NCBI GenBank assembly: GCA_963753975.1
Contig: CAVWEH010000005.1
Location: forward strand, 608,001 to 672,000
From: an uncultured delta proteobacterium
GTDB taxonomy: Bacteria; Desulfobacterota; Syntrophia; Syntrophales; Smithellaceae
Length of the DNA: 64,000 bases
Reading direction: 5' to 3'
A program made the translations under genes and the position numbers. A model generated the notes under the pieces. It saw only the letters and a list, made by a program, of their open reading frames with translations. It searched no databases and was not told the origin of the DNA. Positions 20,695 through 30,212 of this stretch are shown here, piece by piece (position 1 is the stretch's first letter; every line of letters starts with the position of its first letter).

Positions 20695-21543
20695 TTATGA
20701 CTGGAGATAGCTGTGCAAACCGGGAAGATAATTCACTCCCAGATAGGTGAACAAAATAGATACGAAGCCGATAAGGGCAAGCACGGCCAGGCGTTTTCCC
20801 CGCCAGCCTCGGACATACCGGGCATGCAACATAATTGCGTAGATGAGCCAGGTGATGAGGGACCATGTCTCTTTAGGGTCCCAACTCCAGTAAGAGCCCC
20901 AGGCGTAATGAGCCCAGATGGATCCGGTCATGATTCCAATGGTGAGAAAGACAAAACCCAGAGCTATACTCTGATAAATTAATGCATCAAGGATGGCCAG
21001 AGACGGCAGCTTTCCAGGAAAGCCGGATGGCTTCTCTTTATCATCTTTTTCCATGTTTTTCAGCAGGTAGAGCAGGCCGCAGGCGAAGGCCACGGTGAAG
21101 GCGGCGTAACCCATAAAACAGGTTACGACATGCGTTGTCAGCCAGTTACTTTGCAACGCGGGAATGAGGGGCTCGATGCGATTGTTGATATCGGGTGAGA
21201 TGGAGGCATAAGCCATGGCCAGAAATGCTATGGGTACGGCAAAGACACCTATGCTTCTATTTTTGGTGCGCCATTCGAGAATAAGGTAAATCAAAATAAT
21301 TGCCCACGCGAAGAAAATCATGGATTCGAAAAGGTTCGCGAGAGGCGCATGTCCTATTCCCAGATCGTAGGATGATTTCCATCTTAAAAGCAGCGCCAGC
21401 GTTTGCAGCACCAGTCCCGTCCAGGCTAAAAAAGAAGCGGCGCGTCCCCAGAATTCTTTTCCGAAAATCATCCGGAAAAGATATAAAACAAAGGAGGCAA
21501 AATAGGCAAAAGTAACCCAGCTTAAAATCATCAAGTGGTTCAT
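20695..21543 (-). CDS. ccsA: system II cytochrome c biogenesis protein (CcsA/ResC family)
   Basis: WGSYWSWDPKETWS tryptophan-rich motif, LQSNWLTTHV, GLHSY; probable start MNHLMIL. Confidence 0.92.
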   Translation of the reverse strand: MNHLMILSWVTFAYFASFVLYLFRMIFGKEFWGRAASFLAWTGLVLQTLALLLRWKSSYDLGIGHAPLANLFESMIFFAWAIILIYLILEWRTKNRSIGVFAVPIAFLAMAYASISPDINNRIEPLIPALQSNWLTTHVVTCFMGYAAFTVAFACGLLYLLKNMEKDDKEKPSGFPGKLPSLAILDALIYQSIALGFVFLTIGIMTGSIWAHYAWGSYWSWDPKETWSLITWLIYAIMLHARYVRGWRGKRLAVLALIGFVSILFTYLGVNYLPGLHSYLQS

Positions 21544-22881
21544 GCTTTCAACTCCTGAGCAATCCGCCTGCACAAATTATCTATTTGCCGCTCGAGTACG
21601 GCGCTATTGCGGTTGCTTCGGCCGGCAACACTGATTCGGATTTTTGTTCCTTCTTGCTCCATCTGTACCCAAAGGCGTTGATGCGACCAAAAAAAGACGA
21701 GCATTAGACCGGCAACCATAAGCGCTGCTCCAACCGCGACCAGAGGAACGCCGGAATCACTAACAATACGCAAACCGGTGTAGTATTCTTGTTCGATCCG
21801 GTTAAGGGAAAAGACTAAGGGTCTGAAAAGGCCGGGATTGAAGATAGGTACTTTAGATGTGAGACCGGGATTGGCCGCCGCAATCTCGTCGATGTGCTGA
21901 AAAACCCAGAATTGGACATCCTTTTGCGGTGAAGTAATCCTGAGTTTTACAGCCGGTCCCAGTTGCATAATGTTTTCTTCGACGCGCAAGACAGTGGCCT
22001 TGGCGTTTTGTTCCCGTATGTCAAACGTATCGCCTGCCGTAAGAACTATTTCTCTGTTTTTCTTGCCGGCTGATTGTATATGTAATTACAGCCTTAATTT
22101 CCGACGATGTGCCGTAACTTTCCTGATAAAAATGCAGTCCCTCGAAAGTAATGGGATGATTGACCAATAGAGATCCCTGCTGGATCACTTGCCCCTTCTT
22201 GATAAAGCTCAAATCGGAGCGGTAAGTTTTTGGAGCGCCGTTTTCGTAAAATTCAACGGTAAATTTATCACAGCGTACTGAAAAATCGAGTTTAAGCATT
22301 CCTTTCCCATCCGCGAGCTCGGCAACATTTACCGATTCGCCTTCTTTGATATTTACGTTGGCCGTGAAGCCAAAGATAGAACCGATGATAGCCCCCGCAA
22401 TCATTAGCAGAATACTCAGATGCACCGCGTAAACGCCAAAAAGAGAATAGCGTCCCCGTTCACCATAGAAAAGACGTCCTTTTTCTTCAGCAATTTTTTG
22501 AACAGATTTATATTTTGCTTTTAGACAGGATTCGATGGTTGTGCTGATTCTGTTTGTTTCTTTATCTGTGATGATCAACTGGCTTGGAGGCAGGTTCTCG
22601 AAGAGGCCCGCCGGCTCCGGGAAAGGTGAAGATTTATATTGTTTAAGGGATAGAGGAAAACGGTTTATGGAGCAAACGATCAGATTGAGCGATAAAAGCC
22701 CCATCAGTGCATAAAATATCGGCGAGTGATAAAGGTCGGTCAACCACGCAAATTTCTGCGCTGTATCTTGCTGGGGGATGAAAGTAGCTGTAATAAAGAC
22801 AAGGACAATTAGAACCAGAAGGACGATTGTCAGTTTTACGGAAGAAAAAAATGACCACAGAGGGTTTAACTTCTTTGGCAA
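21540..22881 (-). CDS. resB: cytochrome c biogenesis protein ResB/Ccs1, frameshifted near 22075 (probable sequencing error)
   Basis: NLIVCSINRF, VHLSILL, VNHPI...FYQESYG; the other frame continues to YTGLRIVSDSGVPLV...HQRLWV. Length 1342 = 1341+1. Confidence 0.85.
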
Positions 22882-23030
22882 CAGAGGTTCTCCTTCTTTA
22901 CCAGTTTATTTTAAATATCATCTAATATCTTTCGTGTCAAAAAGAACGTCGTATCGCTTTTTGCTAATGAAGAAAAAAATAGGGCACTGACCTAATTTGC
23001 CGACCGGCCCGCATTCTTAAACCGGTTTTT

Positions 23031-23678
23031 TTATTTACGGCCAATCATCAGAAACATTTTAAACAAACGGGTCTGGCCGTCGCTAATTGGTTTTTCAACC
23101 TGAGCAGCCACCCGATGCCGAACATCACGAAATCCCGCGTCTATGAACAGTTGCTGCAAGACTTCCCGATCAAATCCGAAGTGAAATACGCCATCATTAT
23201 TGCTGTGAAACTGGCCATCGTCCAAATCCAGATCGGCAATACACAGGGTTCCGGAAGGATGTAAAGCCTGATAGAACAGTTTCAACAGAGGACCGATCTC
23301 TTTAATATGATGCATGGTCATACTGCTCACAATCAGATGATAAGAACCGTCCAGAACATCACCCTTGTCCAGATCAAGATATTTGGCTTTTACATTGCTC
23401 AGGTTTCGTTCTTTGATCTTTGTTTTAAAGGCGTCGAGCATTCCCCGAGAACTATCCACACCGATTAGGGAACGGACAAAAGGCTGTAAGGCAAATGTCA
23501 GAAGTCCCGTGCCGCAGCCAAAATCCAGAACGTCCATACCGGGCGTTAAGGTTATCTCCTGAATCACACTCTGAGCTATGTCCTGAGCGACTTTTACACG
23601 TTCAGGAACCTGATCCCAAAGGGTTGCTTCCTGATCGAAATTTCGTTTTTTGGTTTTTATCTCAATTTTTTTCGACAT
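23031..23678 (-). CDS. class I SAM-dependent methyltransferase
   Basis: VLDFGCGTG, GVDSS, SSMTMHH. Confidence 0.9.
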   Translation of the reverse strand: MSKKIEIKTKKRNFDQEATLWDQVPERVKVAQDIAQSVIQEITLTPGMDVLDFGCGTGLLTFALQPFVRSLIGVDSSRGMLDAFKTKIKERNLSNVKAKYLDLDKGDVLDGSYHLIVSSMTMHHIKEIGPLLKLFYQALHPSGTLCIADLDLDDGQFHSNNDGVFHFGFDREVLQQLFIDAGFRDVRHRVAAQVEKPISDGQTRLFKMFLMIGRK

Positions 23679-23792
23679 TTATTATGCCTCGGCTGTTTAT
23701 TGCTGTTTTGACGATAGATACATTACCGCAAAAATACAAGAACAATCATTTATTCATCTGAAAATTCCCGGAAGCAGGAAAAATTTTAGCCC

Positions 23793-23821
23793 TTGACAAG
23801 TTATGAGCATATGCCTATAAT
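23793..23821 (+). promoter_or_regulatory. consensus sigma70 promoter with overlapping palindromic operator
   Basis: TTGACA (23793-23798), 17 nt, TATAAT (23816-23821); near-palindrome TTATGAGCATATGCCTATAA at 23801-23820. Confidence 0.8.
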
Positions 23822-23846
23822 AGCTTGAAAGGAGCAATAAAGAAGA

Positions 23847-24194
23847 ATGCCCCGACCCAAGTGTTGCCGTCATGTTTGCGGCATTCCGAATAAAAATTAT
23901 TTCAAGCCACGGGGAATACCCGCTTCCGATCTGGAAGAGGTCGTGCTGAATCTTGATGAATACGAAGCGGTTCGTCTGGCGGATTACGAACAGTTTTATC
24001 AGGAAGAGGCAGCGGCCGGAATGAATATTTCCCGCCAAACATTCGGCAGAATCATCGAAGCGGCGCACAAAAAGATTGCCGATGTCCTGATCAACGGAAA
24101 GGCATTGAAAATTGAAGGCGGCGAAGTTGCTCTTGACGAAACAAAGCCGTGCGGCTACGGAAAAGGACGCGGGGCTAAGAAAGATACCCAATAA
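23847..24194 (+). CDS. DUF134 family predicted DNA-binding protein
   Basis: MPRPKCCR..., FKPRG, DEYEAVRLAD, QEEAAAGMNISRQTF (HTH), IEGG. Confidence 0.9.
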   Translation: MPRPKCCRHVCGIPNKNYFKPRGIPASDLEEVVLNLDEYEAVRLADYEQFYQEEAAAGMNISRQTFGRIIEAAHKKIADVLINGKALKIEGGEVALDETKPCGYGKGRGAKKDTQ

Positions 24195-24216
24195 TATTTT
24201 TTTAAAGGAGAAATTT

Positions 24217-24579
24217 ATGAAAATCGCATTACCATCAAACCAGAACCAGATTGACGAACATTTCGGACATTGTGAACACTTCACGGTCTTCACGATTGAC
24301 GAACAGAAGAAAATTCAGTCGGAGGAAAAAATCGCCTCGCCCGCCGGTTGCGGCTGCAAATCCAACATCGCCCAGACACTCGCCGACAAAGGCGTAAAAC
24401 TCATGCTGGCTGGCAACATGGGACAAGGAGCTGTTAATGTATTGAACAGCCACGGAATTGATGTTTTACGTGGATGTTCAGGCGATGTGAAAGCAGTTAC
24501 TGAATGCTGGCTTACAGGCAATCTGAAAGATTCGGGAATCGCCTGCAGTCAGCATGAACACGGATGTCATGAAGATTGA
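24217..24579 (+). CDS. NifB/NifX (FeMo-cofactor biosynthesis domain) family protein
   Basis: MKIALP...HFGHCEHF, GCGC, AGNMGQGA, His/Cys tail; AAGGAG RBS. Confidence 0.87.
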   Translation: MKIALPSNQNQIDEHFGHCEHFTVFTIDEQKKIQSEEKIASPAGCGCKSNIAQTLADKGVKLMLAGNMGQGAVNVLNSHGIDVLRGCSGDVKAVTECWLTGNLKDSGIACSQHEHGCHED

Positions 24580-24717
24580 TATCACGTTCAGCAAGCATTT
24601 TGTATAAGTAAGACGCGAGCAGAAACCGTCGCAAGCAGTGACAGCGCTTGCAGGATCAGAAAGAATGTTGTAATTTTTTTTACGTTCGGTTATATTTGAA
24701 AGAGGTAAATCTTTCAT

Positions 24718-26076
24718 ATGAACACTCGTCAATCCAAAAAAAATATTCTTTTTAATCTTGGTGACGAACAAAATATCATTCTCGATTCCATTGCCGATGG
24801 CGTTTTTACTGTCGATCAGGAATGGCACATTACATCCTTTAACCGCGCGGCGGAAAAGATTACGGGCGTTTCCAGGCAGGAAGCCGTCGGCCAACTCTGC
24901 AAGGATGTCTTGAAAGCGGATATTTGTGAGAAAAGTTGCTGCCTGCGCCTGACCATGAAAACAGGGAAGCCGATTGTTAATAAAAAAGTGCATATTATTA
25001 ACGCTGATGGCAGAAGGTTTCCCATCAGTATTTCCACAGCCCTGCTACGAGACAAAGACGGCACGCTTCTGGGCGCGGTTGAAACCTTTCGGGATATCAG
25101 CGTTGAAGAAGACCTGCGTAAAGTCATCAAAGCAAAATATTCTTTTGCGGATATCATCTCGAAAAACCATAAAATGCTTCAACTGTTCGATATTCTTCCC
25201 GACATTGCGGTAAGCCAAAGCACGATTCTGATCGAGGGGGAAAGCGGCACGGGAAAAGAACTTTTCGCCCGCGCAATGCATAACCTTAGCCCGAGAAAAA
25301 AGCAGCCGTTTATTGCTGTTAATTGCAGTGCCCTGCCGGACACTTTGCTGGAGTCGGAACTCTTCGGTTATAAAGCGGGCGCATTTACCGACGCGAAAAA
25401 AGACAAACCTGGCCGATTCCGCTTGGCCGAAAACGGCACTCTGTTTCTCGACGAAATCGGAGATATCACACCGGCCATGCAGATGAGACTTTTACGCGTT
25501 TTGCAGGAAAAAACCTACGAACCACTGGGCGCGACGGAAACTGTCGAGCACAATGTGCGCATGATCGCGGCCACTAATAAAAATCTTGAGGAACTTATCC
25601 GACAGGGGCGCTTCCGGGAAGATCTGTTCTACCGGATTAACGTATTTAAAATTACCCTCCCCCCGCTGCGCGAACGCATGGAAGATATTCCCTTGCTGGC
25701 CGAACATTTTATTTCCAGCTTCAATGCGCTTCAAAAAAAGGATATTGCGGGTGTAAGCGACGAGGCCATGGCTGTTTTAATGGCTTATGCCTATCCGGGC
25801 AATATCCGCGAACTGGCCAATATTATCGAAAGGTCTTTTATTCTTTGCAAAACAGGATTCATCGAAAAAAAGCATCTGCCGGAAGCGCTTTTTATAGGAT
25901 CCGCAGGCCGTGCTGCAAACGATTTCCTGTCTCTCAAAGATATGGAATCCACCTATCTGATTAATGCCCTCAGGCAAAACAACTGGAATCGCCTGCAAAC
26001 CGCAAGACAACTGGGTATGCATAAAAGCACGCTGTATCGCAAGATCAAATCCATGGGTCTTTCTCTTCCCCGATAA
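24718..26076 (+). CDS. PAS-domain sigma-54 enhancer-binding activator (OrpR-like)
   Basis: PAS domain with C-x8-C-x3-C (CKDVLKADICEKSC), GESGTGKE, GAFTDA, LDEIGD, C-terminal HTH; upstream of ORP genes. Confidence 0.9.
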   Translation: MNTRQSKKNILFNLGDEQNIILDSIADGVFTVDQEWHITSFNRAAEKITGVSRQEAVGQLCKDVLKADICEKSCCLRLTMKTGKPIVNKKVHIINADGRRFPISISTALLRDKDGTLLGAVETFRDISVEEDLRKVIKAKYSFADIISKNHKMLQLFDILPDIAVSQSTILIEGESGTGKELFARAMHNLSPRKKQPFIAVNCSALPDTLLESELFGYKAGAFTDAKKDKPGRFRLAENGTLFLDEIGDITPAMQMRLLRVLQEKTYEPLGATETVEHNVRMIAATNKNLEELIRQGRFREDLFYRINVFKITLPPLRERMEDIPLLAEHFISSFNALQKKDIAGVSDEAMAVLMAYAYPGNIRELANIIERSFILCKTGFIEKKHLPEALFIGSAGRAANDFLSLKDMESTYLINALRQNNWNRLQTARQLGMHKSTLYRKIKSMGLSLPR

Positions 26077-26087
26077 TTGTTATAATG

Positions 26088-26103
26088 GTTGCATTAATGC
26101 AAC
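26088..26103. promoter_or_regulatory. perfect 16-bp palindrome, candidate upstream activator sequence
   Basis: GTTGCATTAATGCAAC, about 110 bp upstream of the sigma-54 promoter; degenerate copy GTCGTATTATTGCATC at 26119-26134. Confidence 0.6.
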
Positions 26104-26210
26104 TTAGTCGCGATAATAGTCGTATTATTGCATCTTCATTCCTCTTAAAACAAATCAATAAAAAATTATAAGTTATTGTTGTTACTAATTTAATTAAAAA
26201 CTTTACCTTT

Positions 26211-26226
26211 TGGCATTTGCCTTGCA
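26211..26226 (+). promoter_or_regulatory. sigma-54 (-24/-12) promoter
   Basis: TGGCATTTGCCTTGCA, with GG-N10-GC spacing. Confidence 0.85.
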
Positions 26227-26286
26227 ATTCTTTTTACACATGAAAGCAAATTGCGCCACCAATCAAACCGGAAAGGCACAAAAAGG

Positions 26287-26679
26287 ATGAAGATTGCCCT
26301 GTCTGTATGGAAAGATTATATCTCTACCGTTTTTGATACGGCGGATCAGCTTTTGGTTCTGGAAATCGACAGGGCAGACGGCCAGAAACGAACGATGGTT
26401 AAATTGAACATCGCGGATGTCGCGGGAAGGGCAAACCAGATCAAGGAAAAGCAAATAGAAGTATTGATTTGTGGTGCAATTTCCCGGTCCCTAGAAGCGT
26501 CGCTCATCTCACTTGGTATTCGGGTATATGCTTTTGTGCGAGGGCCCGTGGAAGAGATTCTTGCCGCCTATCAAAGCGGCAGTTTGGATCATGTGATCTT
26601 TGCAATGCCCGGCTGCCGCGGGCGCGGGTGTTCGGGCAACCGCAGGCAAAACCGCCCGAGGAGAAGCAACTGGAGGTAA
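26287..26679 (+). CDS. NifB/NifX family protein (ORP cluster)
   Basis: MKIALSVW...ISTVFD, LICGAIS, MPGC followed by an Arg/Gly tail. Confidence 0.8.
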   Translation: MKIALSVWKDYISTVFDTADQLLVLEIDRADGQKRTMVKLNIADVAGRANQIKEKQIEVLICGAISRSLEASLISLGIRVYAFVRGPVEEILAAYQSGSLDHVIFAMPGCRGRGCSGNRRQNRPRRSNWR

Positions 26680-26759
26680 GTTGCGATGCGGCTTTACGGA
26701 TGGCTGTTGTCGCGACCCGCGATAAGAAAAGGCTCTCAAACAACAAGGAGGAAAAACCA

Positions 26760-26912
26760 ATGATTGGAAGAAATCGCGGCGGAAGAGGAATGGGAGGCGC
26801 TGGTGGCACTTGCTTATGCCCGCAATGTGGTCATCGCCAACCGCATGGGCGAGATGTGCCATGCACTCAGGTAAAATGTCCGCAGTGTGGGAGGACAATG
26901 ATTAGGGAATAA
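26760..26912 (+). CDS. small Cys-rich metal-binding protein (50 aa)
   Basis: MIGRNRGG...CLCPQCG...PH...PC...CPQCG...MIRE; AAGGAGG RBS. Confidence 0.75.
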   Translation: MIGRNRGGRGMGGAGGTCLCPQCGHRQPHGRDVPCTQVKCPQCGRTMIRE

Positions 26913-26937
26913 TGTCATAAAAATGGAGGCTACGACA

Positions 26938-27159
26938 ATGCCAAGAGGAGACAAAACCGGACCGCAGGGTAAAGGACCGGGAACAGGGCAAGGAAAGGGG
27001 CGCTGTGGATGGAAAGGCTCTCCGCGATCAGTGGGTAAACCCGGACAAGGCCAGGTGCAGAGCCAGAGAGAAGGTCAAGGTCGGCAAAACCGGTCTCGGT
27101 CGAAGAAGACAAAAACAAGGATAAAAACTTATTTAAGAAAGGAGAATGATCATGCCTAG
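26938..27159 (+). CDS. DUF5320-like small protein
   Basis: MPRGDKTGPQGKGPGTGQGKGRC; GGAGG RBS. Confidence 0.65.
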   Translation: MPRGDKTGPQGKGPGTGQGKGRCGWKGSPRSVGKPGQGQVQSQREGQGRQNRSRSKKTKTRIKTYLRKENDHA

Positions 27160-27526
27160 AGGAGATGCAACAGGCCCCACGGGAATGGGACCAATGACCG
27201 GCCGGGGGGCCGGATATTGTGCAGGTTATAATATGCCTGGTTATTTAAATAACGCCGGAGGACGCGGTTTCGGTATTGGCTTTGGACGCGGATTTGGTTT
27301 CGGCGGCCGCGGTGGTCGCGGCGGCGGATTCGGGTGGCGAAATCGCTTTTTCGCTACCGGTGTACCAGGCTTTGCGTGGTTTGGTGGTACTGCCGCGCCT
27401 TATCAAAATCTTGATCCGGAGACAGAGAAGCAAGCTTTGAATTATCAGGCAGAGGCATTACAATCAGAAATGGACGCAATTAGAAAACGTCTGGGCGACT
27501 TAGAAGGAAAAGCCAAGACAAAATAA
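27152..27526 (+). CDS. DUF5320 family Gly/Arg-rich protein
   Basis: MPRGDATGPTGMGPMTGRGAGYC, GRGFG repeats, C-terminal coiled coil. Confidence 0.85.
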   Translation: MPRGDATGPTGMGPMTGRGAGYCAGYNMPGYLNNAGGRGFGIGFGRGFGFGGRGGRGGGFGWRNRFFATGVPGFAWFGGTAAPYQNLDPETEKQALNYQAEALQSEMDAIRKRLGDLEGKAKTK

Positions 27527-27650
27527 TTTCCACCCGCTCAGCTTTTTTCAACAGCAGGATTTTGGAATAAGCGACACAACGATCGCGTCATCTACTTTGA
27601 ATGGCGCGGTCGTTGTCGACTGTTTCCGTTAAGCTTAAGGGGAATAAGCA

Positions 27651-28013
27651 ATGAAAATAGCATTTACAACTTCAGGAAATGATTTGAGCTCTCCACTGGA
27701 CAGCCGTTTTGGACGGGCGCCGAAATTTCTCATCTACGATCTGGAGGCGAACATCTTCGAAATCGTCGATAATGAGCAGAACCTGAATGCGGCGCAGGGC
27801 GCAGGCATCCAGTCCGCGCAGAGCATCGCCCGCCTGGGTACGAAGGCGCTCATCACCGGGCATTGCGGCCCGAAAGCGTTTCGCGTGCTCATTGCGGCAG
27901 GTATCAAAATCTACAACACATCCGCCGCGACTGTATCGGAAGCGTTGAACCTTTACGTTGCCGGTAAACTGGCCGAGGCAACATCCGCCGACGTTGAAGG
28001 TCACTGGGTATGA
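27651..28013 (+). CDS. orange protein (ORP)-like NifB/NifX family protein
   Basis: LDSRFGRA, AAQGAGIQ, TGHCGPKAF, C-terminal DVEGHW. Confidence 0.85.
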   Translation: MKIAFTTSGNDLSSPLDSRFGRAPKFLIYDLEANIFEIVDNEQNLNAAQGAGIQSAQSIARLGTKALITGHCGPKAFRVLIAAGIKIYNTSAATVSEALNLYVAGKLAEATSADVEGHWV

Positions 28014-28501
28014 ATCTGTGTGATATTCTTTATTGGTCTATCGGCATTATCCACAGCGAGCATACGATTGTGGAAAAAACGCCCATCCAACCTGTTTACG
28101 CCAAAGGGTGCAAGGGGTATGTCGATCTGTGTCCGGAGTTTGTCGATGGTTTGCGTGATCTTAGCGATTTTTCGCATATTTATCTGATTTACCATTTTCA
28201 CCAGGCGCGTTCTGTCCAACTTCTGGTCAAACCGTATCTTCAGAATATTGAACACGGCATTTTTGCCACACGTGCGCCGTTCCGCCCTAATCCTATCGGT
28301 TTAAGTGTTGTGGAACTGCTCGGCATTGAAGGCAATATTTTGCATTTGGACGGCGTGGATATCCTGGACGGCACACCGCTTCTGGACATCAAACCCTACA
28401 TAGCCAAGTTTGATCGGTTCGAAGTGAGTCGAAGCGGATGGCAGGATGAAGTGGACGAAGCTACCGCTCATAAGCGCGGGAAAAGGGATTATAAAAAATG
28501 A
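28010..28501 (+). CDS. tsaA: TsaA/TrmO family (tRNA m6t6A37 methyltransferase-like)
   Basis: IGIIHS, TPIQ, FSHIYLIYHFH, GIFATRAPFRPNPIGLS, DGTPLLDIKPY. Confidence 0.88.
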   Translation: MNLCDILYWSIGIIHSEHTIVEKTPIQPVYAKGCKGYVDLCPEFVDGLRDLSDFSHIYLIYHFHQARSVQLLVKPYLQNIEHGIFATRAPFRPNPIGLSVVELLGIEGNILHLDGVDILDGTPLLDIKPYIAKFDRFEVSRSGWQDEVDEATAHKRGKRDYKK

Positions 28502-29105
28502 AGCCGACACTTATTGCAACCGAACTCAGAGCGCATGCCCCATTTACAGCATTTGGAACAGTAACGGGCATTGTAATTATGGCCGCTTTTATTCAATTTC
28601 AGATATCGAGGGAAATTTCGGCCACGCTCTTCTGGTCCTTCCATCCTCTGCACGTGCTGGTAAGCGCTTTAGTGACTACCGCTATGTACCGGCTGCGTTC
28701 AAAAGGAGAAATTTTACCCACAATCATCATCGGATATTTAGGTTCCGTAGGCATCGCAACACTCAGCGATTCCCTAATTCCTTTTGTCGGAGAATGGTTA
28801 CTAAATATGCCCCATCGCGGCGTTCATCTGGGCTTTATCGAAAAATGGTGGCTGATCAATCCGCTGGCGCTGGCCGGTATAGCGCTGGGATACATAAAGC
28901 CAACAACGACATTTTCTCACGCAATCCATGTTTTTTTAAGCACCTGGGCGTCGTTGTTTCATATTCTGATGGCATTAGGAACATCCATCGATGTCGTGTT
29001 ATTTTGGTGGCCGTCTTTTTATTTTTAGCGGTTTGGATACCCTGTTGCACCAGTGACATTGTTTTCCCTTTGCTCTGGATTAAAAAAGCAGGAGACACAA
29101 CATGA
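28498..29105 (+). CDS. His/Cys-containing membrane protein, frameshifted near 28995
   Basis: HAPFT, FHPLHVLVSA, IATLSD, HAIHVFLST; the hydrophobic C-terminus FLAVWIPCCTSDIVFP lies in another frame. Confidence 0.65.
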
Positions 29106-29947
29106 AAATTTCCATTGCTTCGGGAAAAGGCGGCACAGGTAAAACCACCGTCAGCGTCAATCTGGCGCGCGTGTTTAATACCGATATCCTGCTTGCAGAT
29201 TGTGATGTGGAAGAACCCAACGCGCATTTGTTTTTGAAAACAACTGGTCTTAGCGAAGAAGTCGCCTCTATTTTGGTTCCGAGCGTGGACGAAACATCAT
29301 GCAATGCATGTGGTGAATGCGCGAAAATCTGTGAATTTTCTGCAATCGTCAGTTTTGGAACGCTGCCGCTTGTTTTTCCGGAGATGTGTCACGCTTGTGG
29401 CGGGTGTGCCAAGGTGTGTCCGACTGGTGCGATCATAGAACAGAAACGGCGCATTGGCGTTGTTGAAACATCGCGAGTGGGCAACATCACCCTGATTACG
29501 GGAAGGCTGGATGTTGGTGTGGCTATGTCTCCGCCGTTGATCCGGGCAGTTAAAGAACGTTTGCAAAATAATATACCGGTAATTCTGGATGCGCCTCCGG
29601 GAACTTCGTGTCAGGTAATTGCTTCCATTCGCGATACCGATATGGTTTTACTGGTTACGGAACCCACACCGTTTGGCTTGCACGATCTTAAGCTTGCCGT
29701 GGATATGGTGCGCGAGCTTAAAATTCCTTTCGGTGTCATCGTCAACCGTATGGGTAGCGGGGATAACCGTGTGCACGATTATTGCCAAAAAGAAAAAATA
29801 CCAATCTTACTGGAAATACCGGATGACCGGCGAATAGCCGAGGCTTATTCTAGGGGAATCCTTATGGTGGATGCTTTGCCGGGATACGGGAAGCTTTTTA
29901 ATAAACTGCTTGAAAAAATTAACAGAGAAAAAGTGAGGAAGAATTAG
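29102..29947 (+). CDS. MinD/CobQ-type P-loop ATPase with inserted 2x[4Fe-4S] domain (Orp3/4-like)
   Basis: SGKGGTGKT, DCDVEEPN, CNACGECAKIC, CHACGGCAKVCP, DAPPGTSC, TEPTPFG. Confidence 0.88.
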   Translation: MKISIASGKGGTGKTTVSVNLARVFNTDILLADCDVEEPNAHLFLKTTGLSEEVASILVPSVDETSCNACGECAKICEFSAIVSFGTLPLVFPEMCHACGGCAKVCPTGAIIEQKRRIGVVETSRVGNITLITGRLDVGVAMSPPLIRAVKERLQNNIPVILDAPPGTSCQVIASIRDTDMVLLVTEPTPFGLHDLKLAVDMVRELKIPFGVIVNRMGSGDNRVHDYCQKEKIPILLEIPDDRRIAEAYSRGILMVDALPGYGKLFNKLLEKINREKVRKN

Positions 29948-29950
29948 ATT

Positions 29951-30208
29951 ATGCCAACTTATGAATATGAATGTACCAGCTGTAGTCTGCGCTTCGAGGA
30001 ACAGCAAAGCATCAAGGACGCTCCGCTTGAACAATGTCCCGAATGCGGGGGAAACGTCCGGAGGCTCGTGAGCGGCGGCAGCGGTTTTGTGATGAAAGGC
30101 CAGCATTCCAGTCGCCGCGATTCAGCAAAGAGCTGTTCGCTCGAAGAAACGGGCAGAACCTGCTGCGGCGCAACAAGTCGTTGCGGACAGTCGCATTGCG
30201 GAGATTAG
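29951..30208 (+). CDS. FmdB family zinc-ribbon protein
   Basis: MPTYEYECTSC...CPECGG; Cys-rich tail. Confidence 0.88.
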   Translation: MPTYEYECTSCSLRFEEQQSIKDAPLEQCPECGGNVRRLVSGGSGFVMKGQHSSRRDSAKSCSLEETGRTCCGATSRCGQSHCGD

Positions 30209-30212
30209 AAAA

